Positions 27,878-37,906 of a stretch of DNA of 64,000 nucleotides are shown here, one piece after another; within the stretch, counting starts at the first letter, position 1; each line of letters begins with the position of its first letter. The notes beneath the pieces are model-generated. The model was not told the DNA's origin. It made no database searches and was given only the letters and a program-made list of their open reading frames with translations. The translations under genes and the position numbers were made by a program. The DNA lies in the IMG/VR virus record IMGVR_UViG_3300021137_000001, positions 186,001 through 250,000 of that record; one strand, given 5' to 3'.

Positions 27878-30800
27878 ATGCGCTTTAAAGAAATCAAAAA
27901 ACTATTTGAAACTACACAACTTGATGAAGTTTCAATGAGTCCAACTAACTTACAAAAATTCCTTAATAGTCCAGAAGCTATTGGTATGTTAATTGGTATC
28001 GAGTTTGAAATGGCTGTGCCTAATGTAGACGGTAGCGATGATGAAGATTCGAACTACGAGCCAGATTATAGTTACAATGAAAGCTGTACTGACATTAGCG
28101 AGATTGTAAACTTCTTTCAGCATGGTGACTTTGCTAGCATGGGCCGAAGTGATGCAAATCGTGTACGTGATGATTTGTTTGAAGAATATATGAATTGGTC
28201 GTATGATGCCGCAGAAGATTATGTAAACGATCACGATGATGACTTAACCAGTAACATCCGTAGTCGCTTATTTGACAATGAAGTTGATCGTGATGATACC
28301 GCAGAAGAAGCACACACACGCTGGGTAGAGGAAAATCCAGACGGCGACACAGCATCAGAAGAAGCCAGCGAAGAAATACGTAATCTAACATTGCAAATGA
28401 TGGAAGATAAATTAGATGCTATGATGGAAGATATTGAAAGTAGTGAATATCAAAATGCGTACGATGAAGCAAAACAAGAAATGGAATATGACTTTCGTAA
28501 TAGTGGCGACGGAGACATGGAAGCATGGCTAAGTGATATAGGCGTCAACGATATGCAAGATGCTGCTGGACAATGGGGACTTGATTGGCCGCACATGGAA
28601 GACACTAACTATAACAATGGTGGTGCTTCTATAGAAACTGTAGCAGACGAGTTTGCCGAATGGATGGGATTAAGTAATGTAAACAGTTCAAGTAAATATC
28701 ACGGTGCTAGAAGAGATGGCAAATCTTGGTGTATTGAACCGGATGGCAGTATCGATCACGATGAAAACGAAGCTGGGTTAGAGTTTATTAGTCCACCACT
28801 ACCATTGAAAGATGGCTTAGAGCAAATGACTAAAATCATTGCGTGGGCAAATGATAAAGGTTGTAGAACTAATAGTTCAACTGGTCTACACATGAACATT
28901 AGTGTGCCTGATTATAATTTCGACCATTTAGACTTTGTTAAACTTGCATTGTTTATGGGCGATGAACATATATTAGAACAGTTTGGCCGTACTTACAATA
29001 ATTTTTGTAAGAGTGCGTTAAAAATTGTTAAAGAAAAAATTGATAAAGAAGGTGTTGCTGGGCCATTACTACAAGCAATGCGTGACCATTTGAACGTTGC
29101 CGCAAGTAAAGCAGTACACAATGGTACAACACAAAAGTATACAAGTATCAACACACAAACTGGTTATGTGGAATTTCGCGGCCCGGGTGGTGATTATTTA
29201 AATCAAGACATTACGCAACTAATTTCAACAGCATTACGTTTAGCACAAAGTTTACGTATAGCTACAGATCCGTTAGCACATAAACAAGAGTATGCTAAAA
29301 AATTATACAAACTTGTAGTACCAACCGATAAAGATACAGACGATGATAACAGTGTTGCTATGTTTACTCGTTATGCAATGGGTCAGATTAAGAAAGATGA
29401 CTTGTTAAACAGTTTACGTCAGGCGCAATCAACTCGTAAAGCTAAAAAATTCCCACATGGTCCGAAACGTGAATGGACAGTTGTACGTAAGAGCAATCCA
29501 GGATACAAAGTATCATTCAACGCATCATCTGCAGCAGAAGCATTACAGTTAGCTAAGAATCAAATTGGTGGTTGGCAAGGTGTAGCAGATGAACACTTTA
29601 AAGTAACAGCAGATGCTAGTGGTGATTCTGCATACAATAAAGCAAGAGAGGAACATTATCTATCTACAATGAATCCGGTGTGGCAGAAGTTTATTCGTGA
29701 TATCGCAACTATAGATACTGATAGATTGAAAAAACGAAAAGCTGAATTTGAAACGAAATCTGAAAGTACACCGTTAGAAGAGTGGGAAAAAATAGCACTT
29801 ACTAAAATCAATAATGAATTAGCAACACGTAAAGACGATGTTGCAGCTACTGGTGCAATAGATGATTTAGAAGAATTACCACAACAACATCGCGAGTATG
29901 CGCAAGATATACAAAATAAATCAGAAGATACATTAAACCGTATTAAAGCCGAGATAGAAGCTGGCGACTTTAGAAATGCGTTAACAAACATACAAGCATC
30001 AATTTTCCTCGGCGTTGTTGTAAATGAACTTGCTCGTCGTGCTGGATTAACTGCTGATATGGCTGACTTAGATGGCTTTGTTAATACGCTTGGACAAACA
30101 AGCACGTGGCAGTTGTATAATCCTGCAACAGACGAAGTATTAGCTACATACACTGGATTAACACAAGGGCAAGCAATAGACAGACGTTCAGCAATGCGTT
30201 CGAATCAAGGCAATGAAAATATTGAAATGCGCAACTTAGGTAGTGCAGAACAATCAACAGCGCAAGCCAATGCTACTCCCTCAACACTATGGGATAACTG
30301 GATACGTACACTTCCAACTAGAAATACAGACTCTATTAATAGCTTTAGAGATCAAATACGTGGCGGTGAGCACAATAATACATTGCCATCAGAACATGAA
30401 AGAGATGTTGTTATTATTGCTATTGATGATGAACTACGTAGCAGAATGGCACGAGGCGAAGGTTCGGGCACAAGAACTTATACAATATACGATGGTACAG
30501 GCAGAATTGTAAATACTATTCGCTCAACATCAGTGGCAAGGGCATTAGATGACTTTGGTGAGAATAATGATATCGATACAACTCATTACACCGCTCGCGA
30601 ACTTGGAGTTACATATAATAATTATGGCGATGCGCAAGCGGCTGCGGATACACAAAATTCAGCACAACGTCTGGGACCGGGTCAATCAACATACAGTGTT
30701 GAACATATTCCAACCGGACAAGTTACTAGTCAGATAGGCAACGATGCTGCAGATGCTATACAACGTGTTGCTAGACTAACTGGCAGCACTCCTAATAATT

Positions 30801-31075
30801 TTAGAATTGCACAAGCAGCACCAGCCAACAACTTAAAACGATATAGAGTGGGCAATCATACATACGGTCGTGAAATTATACATGCAGCAAATCGTGAAGA
30901 AGCTATTCGTTTGTTTGCTTTCAACAATAACATATCAGTTGATGACGTTACTTCGGGACCGAGCTTTGTAGCAGATTTAGTAGATGACGAACAGTCACAA
31001 GATGCAGCCGCACAGTTAGCAACTCAAGTAGCAGAATCACTCAACCGTATGCGTAAACTAGCAGGGCTGAAGTAA
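27878..31075 (+). CDS. Putative amidoligase (COOH-NH2 ligase type 2) with long C-terminal extension
   Basis: IGIEFE, IEPDGSI, LEFISPP, TNSSTGLHMNIS, KYTSIN, VEFRGPGG; leader MRFKEIKKLFE..LDE|V; ends ESLNRMRKLAGLK. Confidence 0.8.
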   Translation: MRFKEIKKLFETTQLDEVSMSPTNLQKFLNSPEAIGMLIGIEFEMAVPNVDGSDDEDSNYEPDYSYNESCTDISEIVNFFQHGDFASMGRSDANRVRDDLFEEYMNWSYDAAEDYVNDHDDDLTSNIRSRLFDNEVDRDDTAEEAHTRWVEENPDGDTASEEASEEIRNLTLQMMEDKLDAMMEDIESSEYQNAYDEAKQEMEYDFRNSGDGDMEAWLSDIGVNDMQDAAGQWGLDWPHMEDTNYNNGGASIETVADEFAEWMGLSNVNSSSKYHGARRDGKSWCIEPDGSIDHDENEAGLEFISPPLPLKDGLEQMTKIIAWANDKGCRTNSSTGLHMNISVPDYNFDHLDFVKLALFMGDEHILEQFGRTYNNFCKSALKIVKEKIDKEGVAGPLLQAMRDHLNVAASKAVHNGTTQKYTSINTQTGYVEFRGPGGDYLNQDITQLISTALRLAQSLRIATDPLAHKQEYAKKLYKLVVPTDKDTDDDNSVAMFTRYAMGQIKKDDLLNSLRQAQSTRKAKKFPHGPKREWTVVRKSNPGYKVSFNASSAAEALQLAKNQIGGWQGVADEHFKVTADASGDSAYNKAREEHYLSTMNPVWQKFIRDIATIDTDRLKKRKAEFETKSESTPLEEWEKIALTKINNELATRKDDVAATGAIDDLEELPQQHREYAQDIQNKSEDTLNRIKAEIEAGDFRNALTNIQASIFLGVVVNELARRAGLTADMADLDGFVNTLGQTSTWQLYNPATDEVLATYTGLTQGQAIDRRSAMRSNQGNENIEMRNLGSAEQSTAQANATPSTLWDNWIRTLPTRNTDSINSFRDQIRGGEHNNTLPSEHERDVVIIAIDDELRSRMARGEGSGTRTYTIYDGTGRIVNTIRSTSVARALDDFGENNDIDTTHYTARELGVTYNNYGDAQAAADTQNSAQRLGPGQSTYSVEHIPTGQVTSQIGNDAADAIQRVARLTGSTPNNFRIAQAAPANNLKRYRVGNHTYGREIIHAANREEAIRLFAFNNNISVDDVTSGPSFVADLVDDEQSQDAAAQLATQVAESLNRMRKLAGLK

Positions 31076-31716
31076 TGAACATATTTGAAATGTTCGACGA
31101 GCCAAAGCAACTAACGCTGATTGATGCGTTACGTGACTTTTTACCTATCGCTATTGCATACTTAGAGTTAGATCACATTCCTAAAATTAAGTTAGTTAAA
31201 TCATTAGACGATACAACATTTGGGCATTTCAATAGCGAAGAACAAGTAATATATGCTGTAGTTGCTAATCGTAACCCAGTTGATATTTTACGTACTATTG
31301 CACACGAAATGACACACTACAAGCAAGGACAGGAACATCAACTTACTAACGACTCTGGTGAAACAGGTAGCACAGTTGAAGACGAAGCAAACGCAGAAGG
31401 TGGTGTTATTATGCGTGAGTTCAATGAGCAATTCCCACAATACTTACAATCTAGTTCAGTACAGTTAGCAGAAAGTGTTAAGTATGAAATTAAAAGTACA
31501 AAAGAAAATGGGCAACTTGAATTCTTCGGTACTACTGTAGACTTTCGCGGGTCAGCAATGAATAGAGCAATTAACGCATTAGATAGAACTAGCCGTCCAG
31601 TACAAGTATCTACTATAGAATACAGCAGTGAAAAGAAACGTTTTGTACCTATTAAAACAGTAATTATTAATCCGGGCGAGAATGTTAAGACTAAAATACT
31701 AAGTCTAGATGACTAA
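31075..31716 (+). CDS. Zincin-like metallopeptidase (HExxH) plus a C-terminal module
   Basis: LRTIAHEMTHYKQ..EDEANA; junction LAE|S. Confidence 0.75.
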   Translation: MNIFEMFDEPKQLTLIDALRDFLPIAIAYLELDHIPKIKLVKSLDDTTFGHFNSEEQVIYAVVANRNPVDILRTIAHEMTHYKQGQEHQLTNDSGETGSTVEDEANAEGGVIMREFNEQFPQYLQSSSVQLAESVKYEIKSTKENGQLEFFGTTVDFRGSAMNRAINALDRTSRPVQVSTIEYSSEKKRFVPIKTVIINPGENVKTKILSLDD

Positions 31717-31719
31717 CTC

Positions 31720-32043
31720 ATGAGAGCAACTGAATTTATAATCGAAACAAAAGTCGGCACGTTACATATCAACGGGTTAATTATTGATGTTGATGATCAT
31801 TCATTTGAACGTACAGCAGGGCGCAGAGTAAATACTGCAATGATTGACAGAGTTGTGCGCAGACTAGTTAACATACAAGATCAAATAATCAAAATAGAAG
31901 CTGGTCAGAAGTTTTGGGTTTATAGTCAGGCATTTGATATAGGACTTGGCTTAAGAAAACAATCAGATTCAAATCGTATATTACTAAAAACTGTAGTAGG
32001 TGATCGCCCATGGGATAGTGATATTCCAGTCTTAGAACTATAA
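31720..32043 (+). CDS. Hypothetical protein with CTS-like leader
   Basis: MRATEFIIE|T. Confidence 0.7.
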   Translation: MRATEFIIETKVGTLHINGLIIDVDDHSFERTAGRRVNTAMIDRVVRRLVNIQDQIIKIEAGQKFWVYSQAFDIGLGLRKQSDSNRILLKTVVGDRPWDSDIPVLEL

Positions 32044-32044
32044 C

Positions 32045-32464
32045 ATGACTAACTGGGAAACTTACGTTAAAGAATCCTATTCGCTAATCAAAGAAGCAGA
32101 GCAAGCACTATCAATTACATTAGAACATAATGTCGAAGCATATCTTGTGCATTTGTTTGCACACTTTATGGATAAACCCAACATCAACACAGAACCCGTT
32201 TGCATTAAATTAATGGCAAGTGCTAATCTACCTATTGCGCAACGTAAAGTATTACTCAAAGATGTAGGTGATGAGTGCTTGTTAATTAACGCAATGGAAT
32301 GGAACAAACGTCGTTGGCCAAGCAATAACTACTATGCAGAGATGGGGCAGATGGCTTACATGAATCGTGCGTTTGTAGTAAGACCTATTGAAGATATCTA
32401 CGATGATTTGTCAATGGAATTTACAACAGTTACCCAAGTTCTACGCAAGTGTAGAATATCTTAG
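32045..32464 (+). CDS. Hypothetical helical protein
   Basis: 139 aa; VEAYLVHL, LKDVGDECLL, YYAEMGQMAY. Confidence 0.7.
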   Translation: MTNWETYVKESYSLIKEAEQALSITLEHNVEAYLVHLFAHFMDKPNINTEPVCIKLMASANLPIAQRKVLLKDVGDECLLINAMEWNKRRWPSNNYYAEMGQMAYMNRAFVVRPIEDIYDDLSMEFTTVTQVLRKCRIS

Positions 32465-32473
32465 CCATACCGC

Positions 32474-32502
32474 TTGACTCCGATAAGTAATTCGTATATA
32501 AT
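32474..32502 (+). promoter_or_regulatory. Sigma70-type promoter opening the replication block
   Basis: TTGACT-N17-TATAAT. Confidence 0.8.
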
Positions 32503-32528
32503 ATATTTTTAACTAAAGGAATGACATC

Positions 32529-32786
32529 ATGGCATTAATGTTTTCAGCTGAGCAAAAGGCAAAACTTATTCAAATCGTTAACGAAGGCGTACAAGTACTA
32601 CAAGAAGTAGAAGATTTAAGTGCTGGCCTTAGTGACACAATTAAAGCAGTGGCAGAAGAATTAGAAATCAAACCGGGCTTACTTAAAAAAGCAATTAAGA
32701 TTGCACAAAAATCTAAATTTGGTGAAACAAATGAAGATCACGAAACTGTTACTGACATTTTAGAAACTGTTGGTCGTACACTATAA
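32529..32786 (+). CDS. T4 DsbA-like dsDNA-binding protein
   Basis: 85 aa helical protein, ..DTIKAVAEELEIKPGLLKKAIKIA.. pattern; close to the polymerase gene. Confidence 0.6.
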   Translation: MALMFSAEQKAKLIQIVNEGVQVLQEVEDLSAGLSDTIKAVAEELEIKPGLLKKAIKIAQKSKFGETNEDHETVTDILETVGRTL

Positions 32787-33076
32787 TGAAAGCAAATTGG
32801 CACAAAACTGTTAAGTTTATTCAGGACGATTGGTATAGCCACCCTGGCAGATTGTGTATAGAAACAGTTAATTGGGTACTGAATATTGTAATTGCTTCGG
32901 CGGTTTCATTTACAGTGCCTGATACTAATTGGTTGATAGTATATCCGTTATTTTTTACTGCGTTAGGCATTAGTATATATTCTGCTATTAGTCGAGGCAG
33001 TTTCGGCATACTAATAACAAGTATAACTATATTGTTAATCGATATAGTAGGATATATACGAATAATAATGTTATAA
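32786..33076 (+). CDS. Small membrane protein
   Basis: Three hydrophobic segments. Confidence 0.7.
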   Translation: MKANWHKTVKFIQDDWYSHPGRLCIETVNWVLNIVIASAVSFTVPDTNWLIVYPLFFTALGISIYSAISRGSFGILITSITILLIDIVGYIRIIML

Positions 33077-33143
33077 TAAAGAATCGTACACTTTACGTAC
33101 AAGTACAAGGTTAACCGGCCATAAGCGGTAAAAGGAGTTTCAA

Positions 33144-35834
33144 ATTTCATACGTCGACGCATTATTCGATAGAGCAAAAGATCGCATCTATGTCGTAGAA
33201 AGAAAAGAAGGCATACGTGAGTATGTCGAGTATCCAGCAAATTATGTTATGTACACAGATGATCCAAAAGGCAAGTATCGCACAGTATATGACACACCTG
33301 TAAGTCGTTTTAGCACTCGCATTGGTAAGGAATTCCATAAAGAAACGCGAGTCAATTCAAATAAGAAGATATGGGAAAGCGATATCAATCCTGTATTCCG
33401 TTGTTTATCAGACAACTATCTCGGAGCAACATCCCCTAAGTTACAAACTGCGTTTTGGGATATTGAAACAGACTTTGACCCAGCACGTGGATATGCGCCA
33501 ACTAGCGACCCGTTTAATCCTATTACTGCTATTTCAGTATACTTGGATTGGCTAGACAAGATGGTTACACTTGTTATTCCACCTAAGAGCTATTCATGGG
33601 AAACTGCACAAGAGATTTGTGACCAGTATGAGAACTGCTTTTTGTTTGAGCGTGAAGCAGATATGCTGGATACGTTTCTTAATTTAATCGATGATGCAGA
33701 CGTATTAAGTGGATGGAACAGTGAGGGTTATGATATTCCATACACAGTTGGACGTATTGTACGTGTATTAAGCAAAGATGACACACGACGTCTTTGTCTA
33801 TGGGGTCAGTATCCAAAACAGCGTGAATTTGAACGTTTTGGTGCCACAAGTGTCACCTTTGACCTCATTGGACGTGTCCATTTAGACTACATGCAGTTAT
33901 ACCGCAAATACACATACGAAGAACGACATAGCTATGCGTTAGATGCAATTGGCGAGTATGAGTTAGATGAGCGTAAAGTTGCATACGAAGGTACATTAGA
34001 TCAATTGTATAACAAAGACTTTCCAAAGTTTATTGATTACAACAGACAAGATACTATGTTGCTGGCTAAGTTAGATAAGAAGTTACGCTTCTTAGATTTA
34101 GCTAACGAACTTGCGCATGATAATACTGTATTGCTGCAAACAACAATGGGCGCGGTAGCAGTTACCGAGCAAGCTATCATTAACGAAGCACATCAACAAG
34201 GTCTGATTGTTCCAAATCGCAAGGGCAGAGATGACATGGGCGATACGCAAGCGGCTGGTGCGTATGTCGCAACTCCAAAAGCAGGCATGCATGATTGGAT
34301 TGGGTCAGTCGATATTAACTCACTGTATCCAAGTGCAATTCGTGCGCTTAACATGGGACCAGAATCAATCATTGGACAGATTCGTCCAATTATGACAGAC
34401 CATTATATTACTGAGAAAATGGCAGACAAAATAGTTAATGGCAAAAAATCTAAAGGCTCAAGTTTTGCAGATGCGTGGGACGGACTATTTGCTACATTAG
34501 AATACACCGCAGTCATGGAAGGTAAGACAGGTATTGAGCTTACTATCGATTGGGAAAGCTCAGGCGAGAGTACTGTACACACTGCGGCAGAAGTATGGAC
34601 CTTAATCTTTGATAGTAATCAACCGTGGATACTTAGTGCAAACGGTACTATCTTTAGTTTTGAGAAAGAAGCAGTTATCCCAGGTTTGCTAAAACGTTGG
34701 TATGCTGAACGTAAAGAACTACAGGCTAAAATGCGTTCATGTACAGATCCGGAAGAGATTGCATTTTGGGATAAGCGTCAGTTAGTTAAGAAGATTAACT
34801 TGAACAGTTTGTATGGTGCCTTACTTAATCCGGGCTGTCGTTTCTTTGATAAGCGTATCGGACAGAGTACTACCTTAACAGGCAGAACTATTGCTAAACA
34901 TATGGATGCGTATATTAACGAATGTATTACTGGCACGTACGATCACGTTGGTGATGCAATTATTTACGGTGATACCGACTCATGTTACTTTAGTGCATGG
35001 CCATTAATTAAAGATGAAGTCGAATCCGGTAAGATGGAATGGAGTCCCGAGATTGCAATTCAATTGTATGATGGTATCTCAGACCAAGTTAACGAAAGTT
35101 TTCCAGCAATGATGGAACGTGCATTTCACGTGCCACGCAATATGGGTAATGTAATTAAAGGTGGGCGTGAACTTGTTGCAAGTAAAGGACTATTCATTAA
35201 GAAGAAACGTTATGCTGTATTAATTACAGACTTAGATGGTAAACGTTTAGATACACACGGCAAGCCCGGCAAAGTTAAAGCAATGGGCTTAGACTTAAAA
35301 CGTTCAGATACTCCGAAGATTGTACAAGACTTCTTAAGTGACATCTTACTCGATGTGCTAACAGGTGTAGATAAGACAGATATTATTGATAAGGTGCGTG
35401 AGTTTAAAATTGCATTCCAAGATAGACCTGCATGGGAGAAAGGTACGCCGAAACGTGTAAACAATCTTACTAACTACACAGCGGCTGAAGTTAGAGAAGG
35501 TAGAGCTAATATGCCCGGGCATGTACGTGCGGCAATGAACTGGAATAACTTAAAGCGTATGCATGGTGATAACTATTCAATTAACATTGTTGATGGTATG
35601 AAAACTATTGTGTGTAAACTTAAAGATAATCCAATCGGGTTTACTAGTGTGGGCTATCCAACAGATGGGACACATATTCCGCAATGGTTTAAAGATTTGC
35701 CGTTTGATAATGACTTAATGGAGTCAACAATTGTTAATCAGAAAGTAGAGAACTTATTAGGTGTGCTTAACTGGGATATTGCCGGAAGCACAGACATTAA
35801 GACTACATTTGATGCATTGTTTAGTTTTGACTAA
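33144..35834 (+). CDS. Family B DNA polymerase (gp43-like), probable ATT start
   Basis: ExoI WDIETD, DINSLYPS, KINLNSLYG, YGDTDS, KKRYA; frame open to ATT 33144, which is 6 nt after AAGGAG; the track starts at ATG 33249. Confidence 0.93.
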   Translation: MSYVDALFDRAKDRIYVVERKEGIREYVEYPANYVMYTDDPKGKYRTVYDTPVSRFSTRIGKEFHKETRVNSNKKIWESDINPVFRCLSDNYLGATSPKLQTAFWDIETDFDPARGYAPTSDPFNPITAISVYLDWLDKMVTLVIPPKSYSWETAQEICDQYENCFLFEREADMLDTFLNLIDDADVLSGWNSEGYDIPYTVGRIVRVLSKDDTRRLCLWGQYPKQREFERFGATSVTFDLIGRVHLDYMQLYRKYTYEERHSYALDAIGEYELDERKVAYEGTLDQLYNKDFPKFIDYNRQDTMLLAKLDKKLRFLDLANELAHDNTVLLQTTMGAVAVTEQAIINEAHQQGLIVPNRKGRDDMGDTQAAGAYVATPKAGMHDWIGSVDINSLYPSAIRALNMGPESIIGQIRPIMTDHYITEKMADKIVNGKKSKGSSFADAWDGLFATLEYTAVMEGKTGIELTIDWESSGESTVHTAAEVWTLIFDSNQPWILSANGTIFSFEKEAVIPGLLKRWYAERKELQAKMRSCTDPEEIAFWDKRQLVKKINLNSLYGALLNPGCRFFDKRIGQSTTLTGRTIAKHMDAYINECITGTYDHVGDAIIYGDTDSCYFSAWPLIKDEVESGKMEWSPEIAIQLYDGISDQVNESFPAMMERAFHVPRNMGNVIKGGRELVASKGLFIKKKRYAVLITDLDGKRLDTHGKPGKVKAMGLDLKRSDTPKIVQDFLSDILLDVLTGVDKTDIIDKVREFKIAFQDRPAWEKGTPKRVNNLTNYTAAEVREGRANMPGHVRAAMNWNNLKRMHGDNYSINIVDGMKTIVCKLKDNPIGFTSVGYPTDGTHIPQWFKDLPFDNDLMESTIVNQKVENLLGVLNWDIAGSTDIKTTFDALFSFD

Positions 35835-36760
35835 TGGGTAAATTAGCAGACTTAGTTAAGTATAGAAACGAGTTAACCAGTGCAGTCAACTCGTTAAATC
35901 TGCAGAAAGCAATCACTAAGAAAATTACGTTATTAGACCAAGTACAAGGAAATAATGCCGTAGCGTATAATGTCGATCATATTACTAACAATTATAAACA
36001 ACTAATACTAGATAACGATAGTAATATCAATCAGCTAAATGAATTAATAGAATTAGTTAATTTGGATATTACTATCCTAGCAACAACATTATTTGCGAAT
36101 AGAGAATTATTAGCATATACTGGCCGAATCGACTTGCCGTTTGAGTCGGATCTCAGACTACTTGTTAAAACTAAAATTAAACAATATTGTGATTGGCATT
36201 ATCCAGGTTTACAAATTAATTCCGACAAAAAAGAATGGGTCGATTGTATGGTAACTTCTGATCCGCTGTATCTCGCTAATTCGAATGAGGCTACGGCAGT
36301 TAGAGAATTAACGGATATAATTAGTGAATATCCAGATCAATATCAAAATCGGTTACGATTATATCCAATCGATGGTCGAGATTTTTCTATACTACCACAA
36401 GAACAGTTTAGTGTTATAGTGTGTTGGAACTTCTTAGATTATATTGAACTCAAAGGTATTACAGAATATATGCAACAAATGTTTAAATTGCTACGAGCAG
36501 GCGGTGTGTTTATGTTTAGCTATAACAACTGCGATATAGTTGAATCTGCTAGATTAGCAGAAGAGAATGGTATGAGTTGGGTAAGCTCACGTGCAATCAA
36601 ACAACTATGCAATGATATTGGGTTCGAAGTTATTACATTTGAGGATCACGAAACTGGCGATGCGTACATTACACAGATTAGTTGGGCAGAAATACGCAAA
36701 CCGGGCGTGTTAACAACAGTAAAGGCGCATCAAGTCGCTGGAAAAATACTTGAAAAATAA
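35834..36760 (+). CDS. Coiled coil plus SAM-dependent methyltransferase-like domain
   Basis: LPQEQFSVIVCWNFLDY..LLRAGGVFMFSY. Confidence 0.6.
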   Translation: MGKLADLVKYRNELTSAVNSLNLQKAITKKITLLDQVQGNNAVAYNVDHITNNYKQLILDNDSNINQLNELIELVNLDITILATTLFANRELLAYTGRIDLPFESDLRLLVKTKIKQYCDWHYPGLQINSDKKEWVDCMVTSDPLYLANSNEATAVRELTDIISEYPDQYQNRLRLYPIDGRDFSILPQEQFSVIVCWNFLDYIELKGITEYMQQMFKLLRAGGVFMFSYNNCDIVESARLAEENGMSWVSSRAIKQLCNDIGFEVITFEDHETGDAYITQISWAEIRKPGVLTTVKAHQVAGKILEK

Positions 36761-36832
36761 TTACCATATGACTTGCATTTTCTAAATACATCATATACAC
36801 TATACATTACATTACTTTATTAGGAGAACTAC

Positions 36833-37564
36833 ATGCGTGATCAATTATTAGACATCGTTAAAAATACTTACGGACTGGGTATTATCGATTTAGTTAAAGT
36901 AACAGGAACAGATTCAGAAACAACAATCGAAGCAATTGCAGAAGATCGTAGTGTTATAGTGCAGGCAAAAGTAAACAATCCAGTACCGGAGTTCATCGGT
37001 ACATTTGGTATGCCAAACTTAGGTAAACTAAGTACAATTCTCGGTATTCCAGAGTACAAGGAAGATGCTAAGATTAGCTTAACTAAACAAGATCGTAATG
37101 GCGAATCAGTTCCGTCGGGCTTACATTTTGAAAACAAATCAGGTGACTTTAAAAATGATTATCGTTTTATGACATCTGAAATTGTTAACGACAAACTTAA
37201 AACAGTTAAGTTCAAAGGTGTTAAATGGAATGTTGAATTTCAACCAACAGTTGCTAACATTCAACGTTTGAAATTCCAAGCAAGTGCAAACAGTGACGAA
37301 ACTACGTTCACTGCTAAAACAGAAGGTACTGACTTAAAACTATTCTTCGGTGATCATAGTTCACATGCTGGTAACTTTGTGTTTCAAGCAGATGTTGTTG
37401 GTACGTTAACTAAAGGTTGGTCATGGCCAGTAGCGGCAGTTATTAGTATCCTTAGTTTGCCAGGTGATAAAACATTCCGTATTAGTGACGAGGGTGCGGC
37501 ACAAATTACTGTTGATAGCGGTATGGCAACTTATAACTACATTTTACCTGCACAAAGCAAATAA
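36833..37564 (+). CDS. Probable sliding clamp (gp45-like processivity factor)
   Basis: 243 aa, two-lobed beta/alpha pattern, FGMPNL, ends YNYILPA; located beside PolB. Confidence 0.6.
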   Translation: MRDQLLDIVKNTYGLGIIDLVKVTGTDSETTIEAIAEDRSVIVQAKVNNPVPEFIGTFGMPNLGKLSTILGIPEYKEDAKISLTKQDRNGESVPSGLHFENKSGDFKNDYRFMTSEIVNDKLKTVKFKGVKWNVEFQPTVANIQRLKFQASANSDETTFTAKTEGTDLKLFFGDHSSHAGNFVFQADVVGTLTKGWSWPVAAVISILSLPGDKTFRISDEGAAQITVDSGMATYNYILPAQSK

Positions 37565-37906
37565 ATGATCAAGTCAATCCAATCATTGTCGCCACATGTA
37601 ACTGTTGACCATTATAGTCCACCATATGTTGGTGGTAATTCTCAGTCAGCTGGGCAGATGCGGTTTAATACTAATACGCAACAAGTAGACGTATACGATG
37701 GCAATAGTTGGATTAGCATGAGTCAAAATGTTAATGTTAGAATGAGTTACACTGCCGAAGAAGCTATTCGGTGGGCTACTATTAAGATGCAGGAAGAGAA
37801 CGAACTTAAAGCTAAAATGGAAAAATACCCAACGTTAAAATCAGCTTATGAACAATATAAGCTAGTTGAGGCGTTGGTTTATGAGGATGATAAAGTTGGA
37901 ACGTGA
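37565..37906 (+). CDS. Hypothetical protein
   Basis: GQMRFNTNTQQVDVYDGNSW motif plus a helical tail. Confidence 0.65.
   Translation: MIKSIQSLSPHVTVDHYSPPYVGGNSQSAGQMRFNTNTQQVDVYDGNSWISMSQNVNVRMSYTAEEAIRWATIKMQEENELKAKMEKYPTLKSAYEQYKLVEALVYEDDKVGT

Noticed and set aside
33144-35834. Intein or intron in the DNA polymerase
   Set aside because: PolB motifs are contiguous at normal spacing with no splicing signatures.
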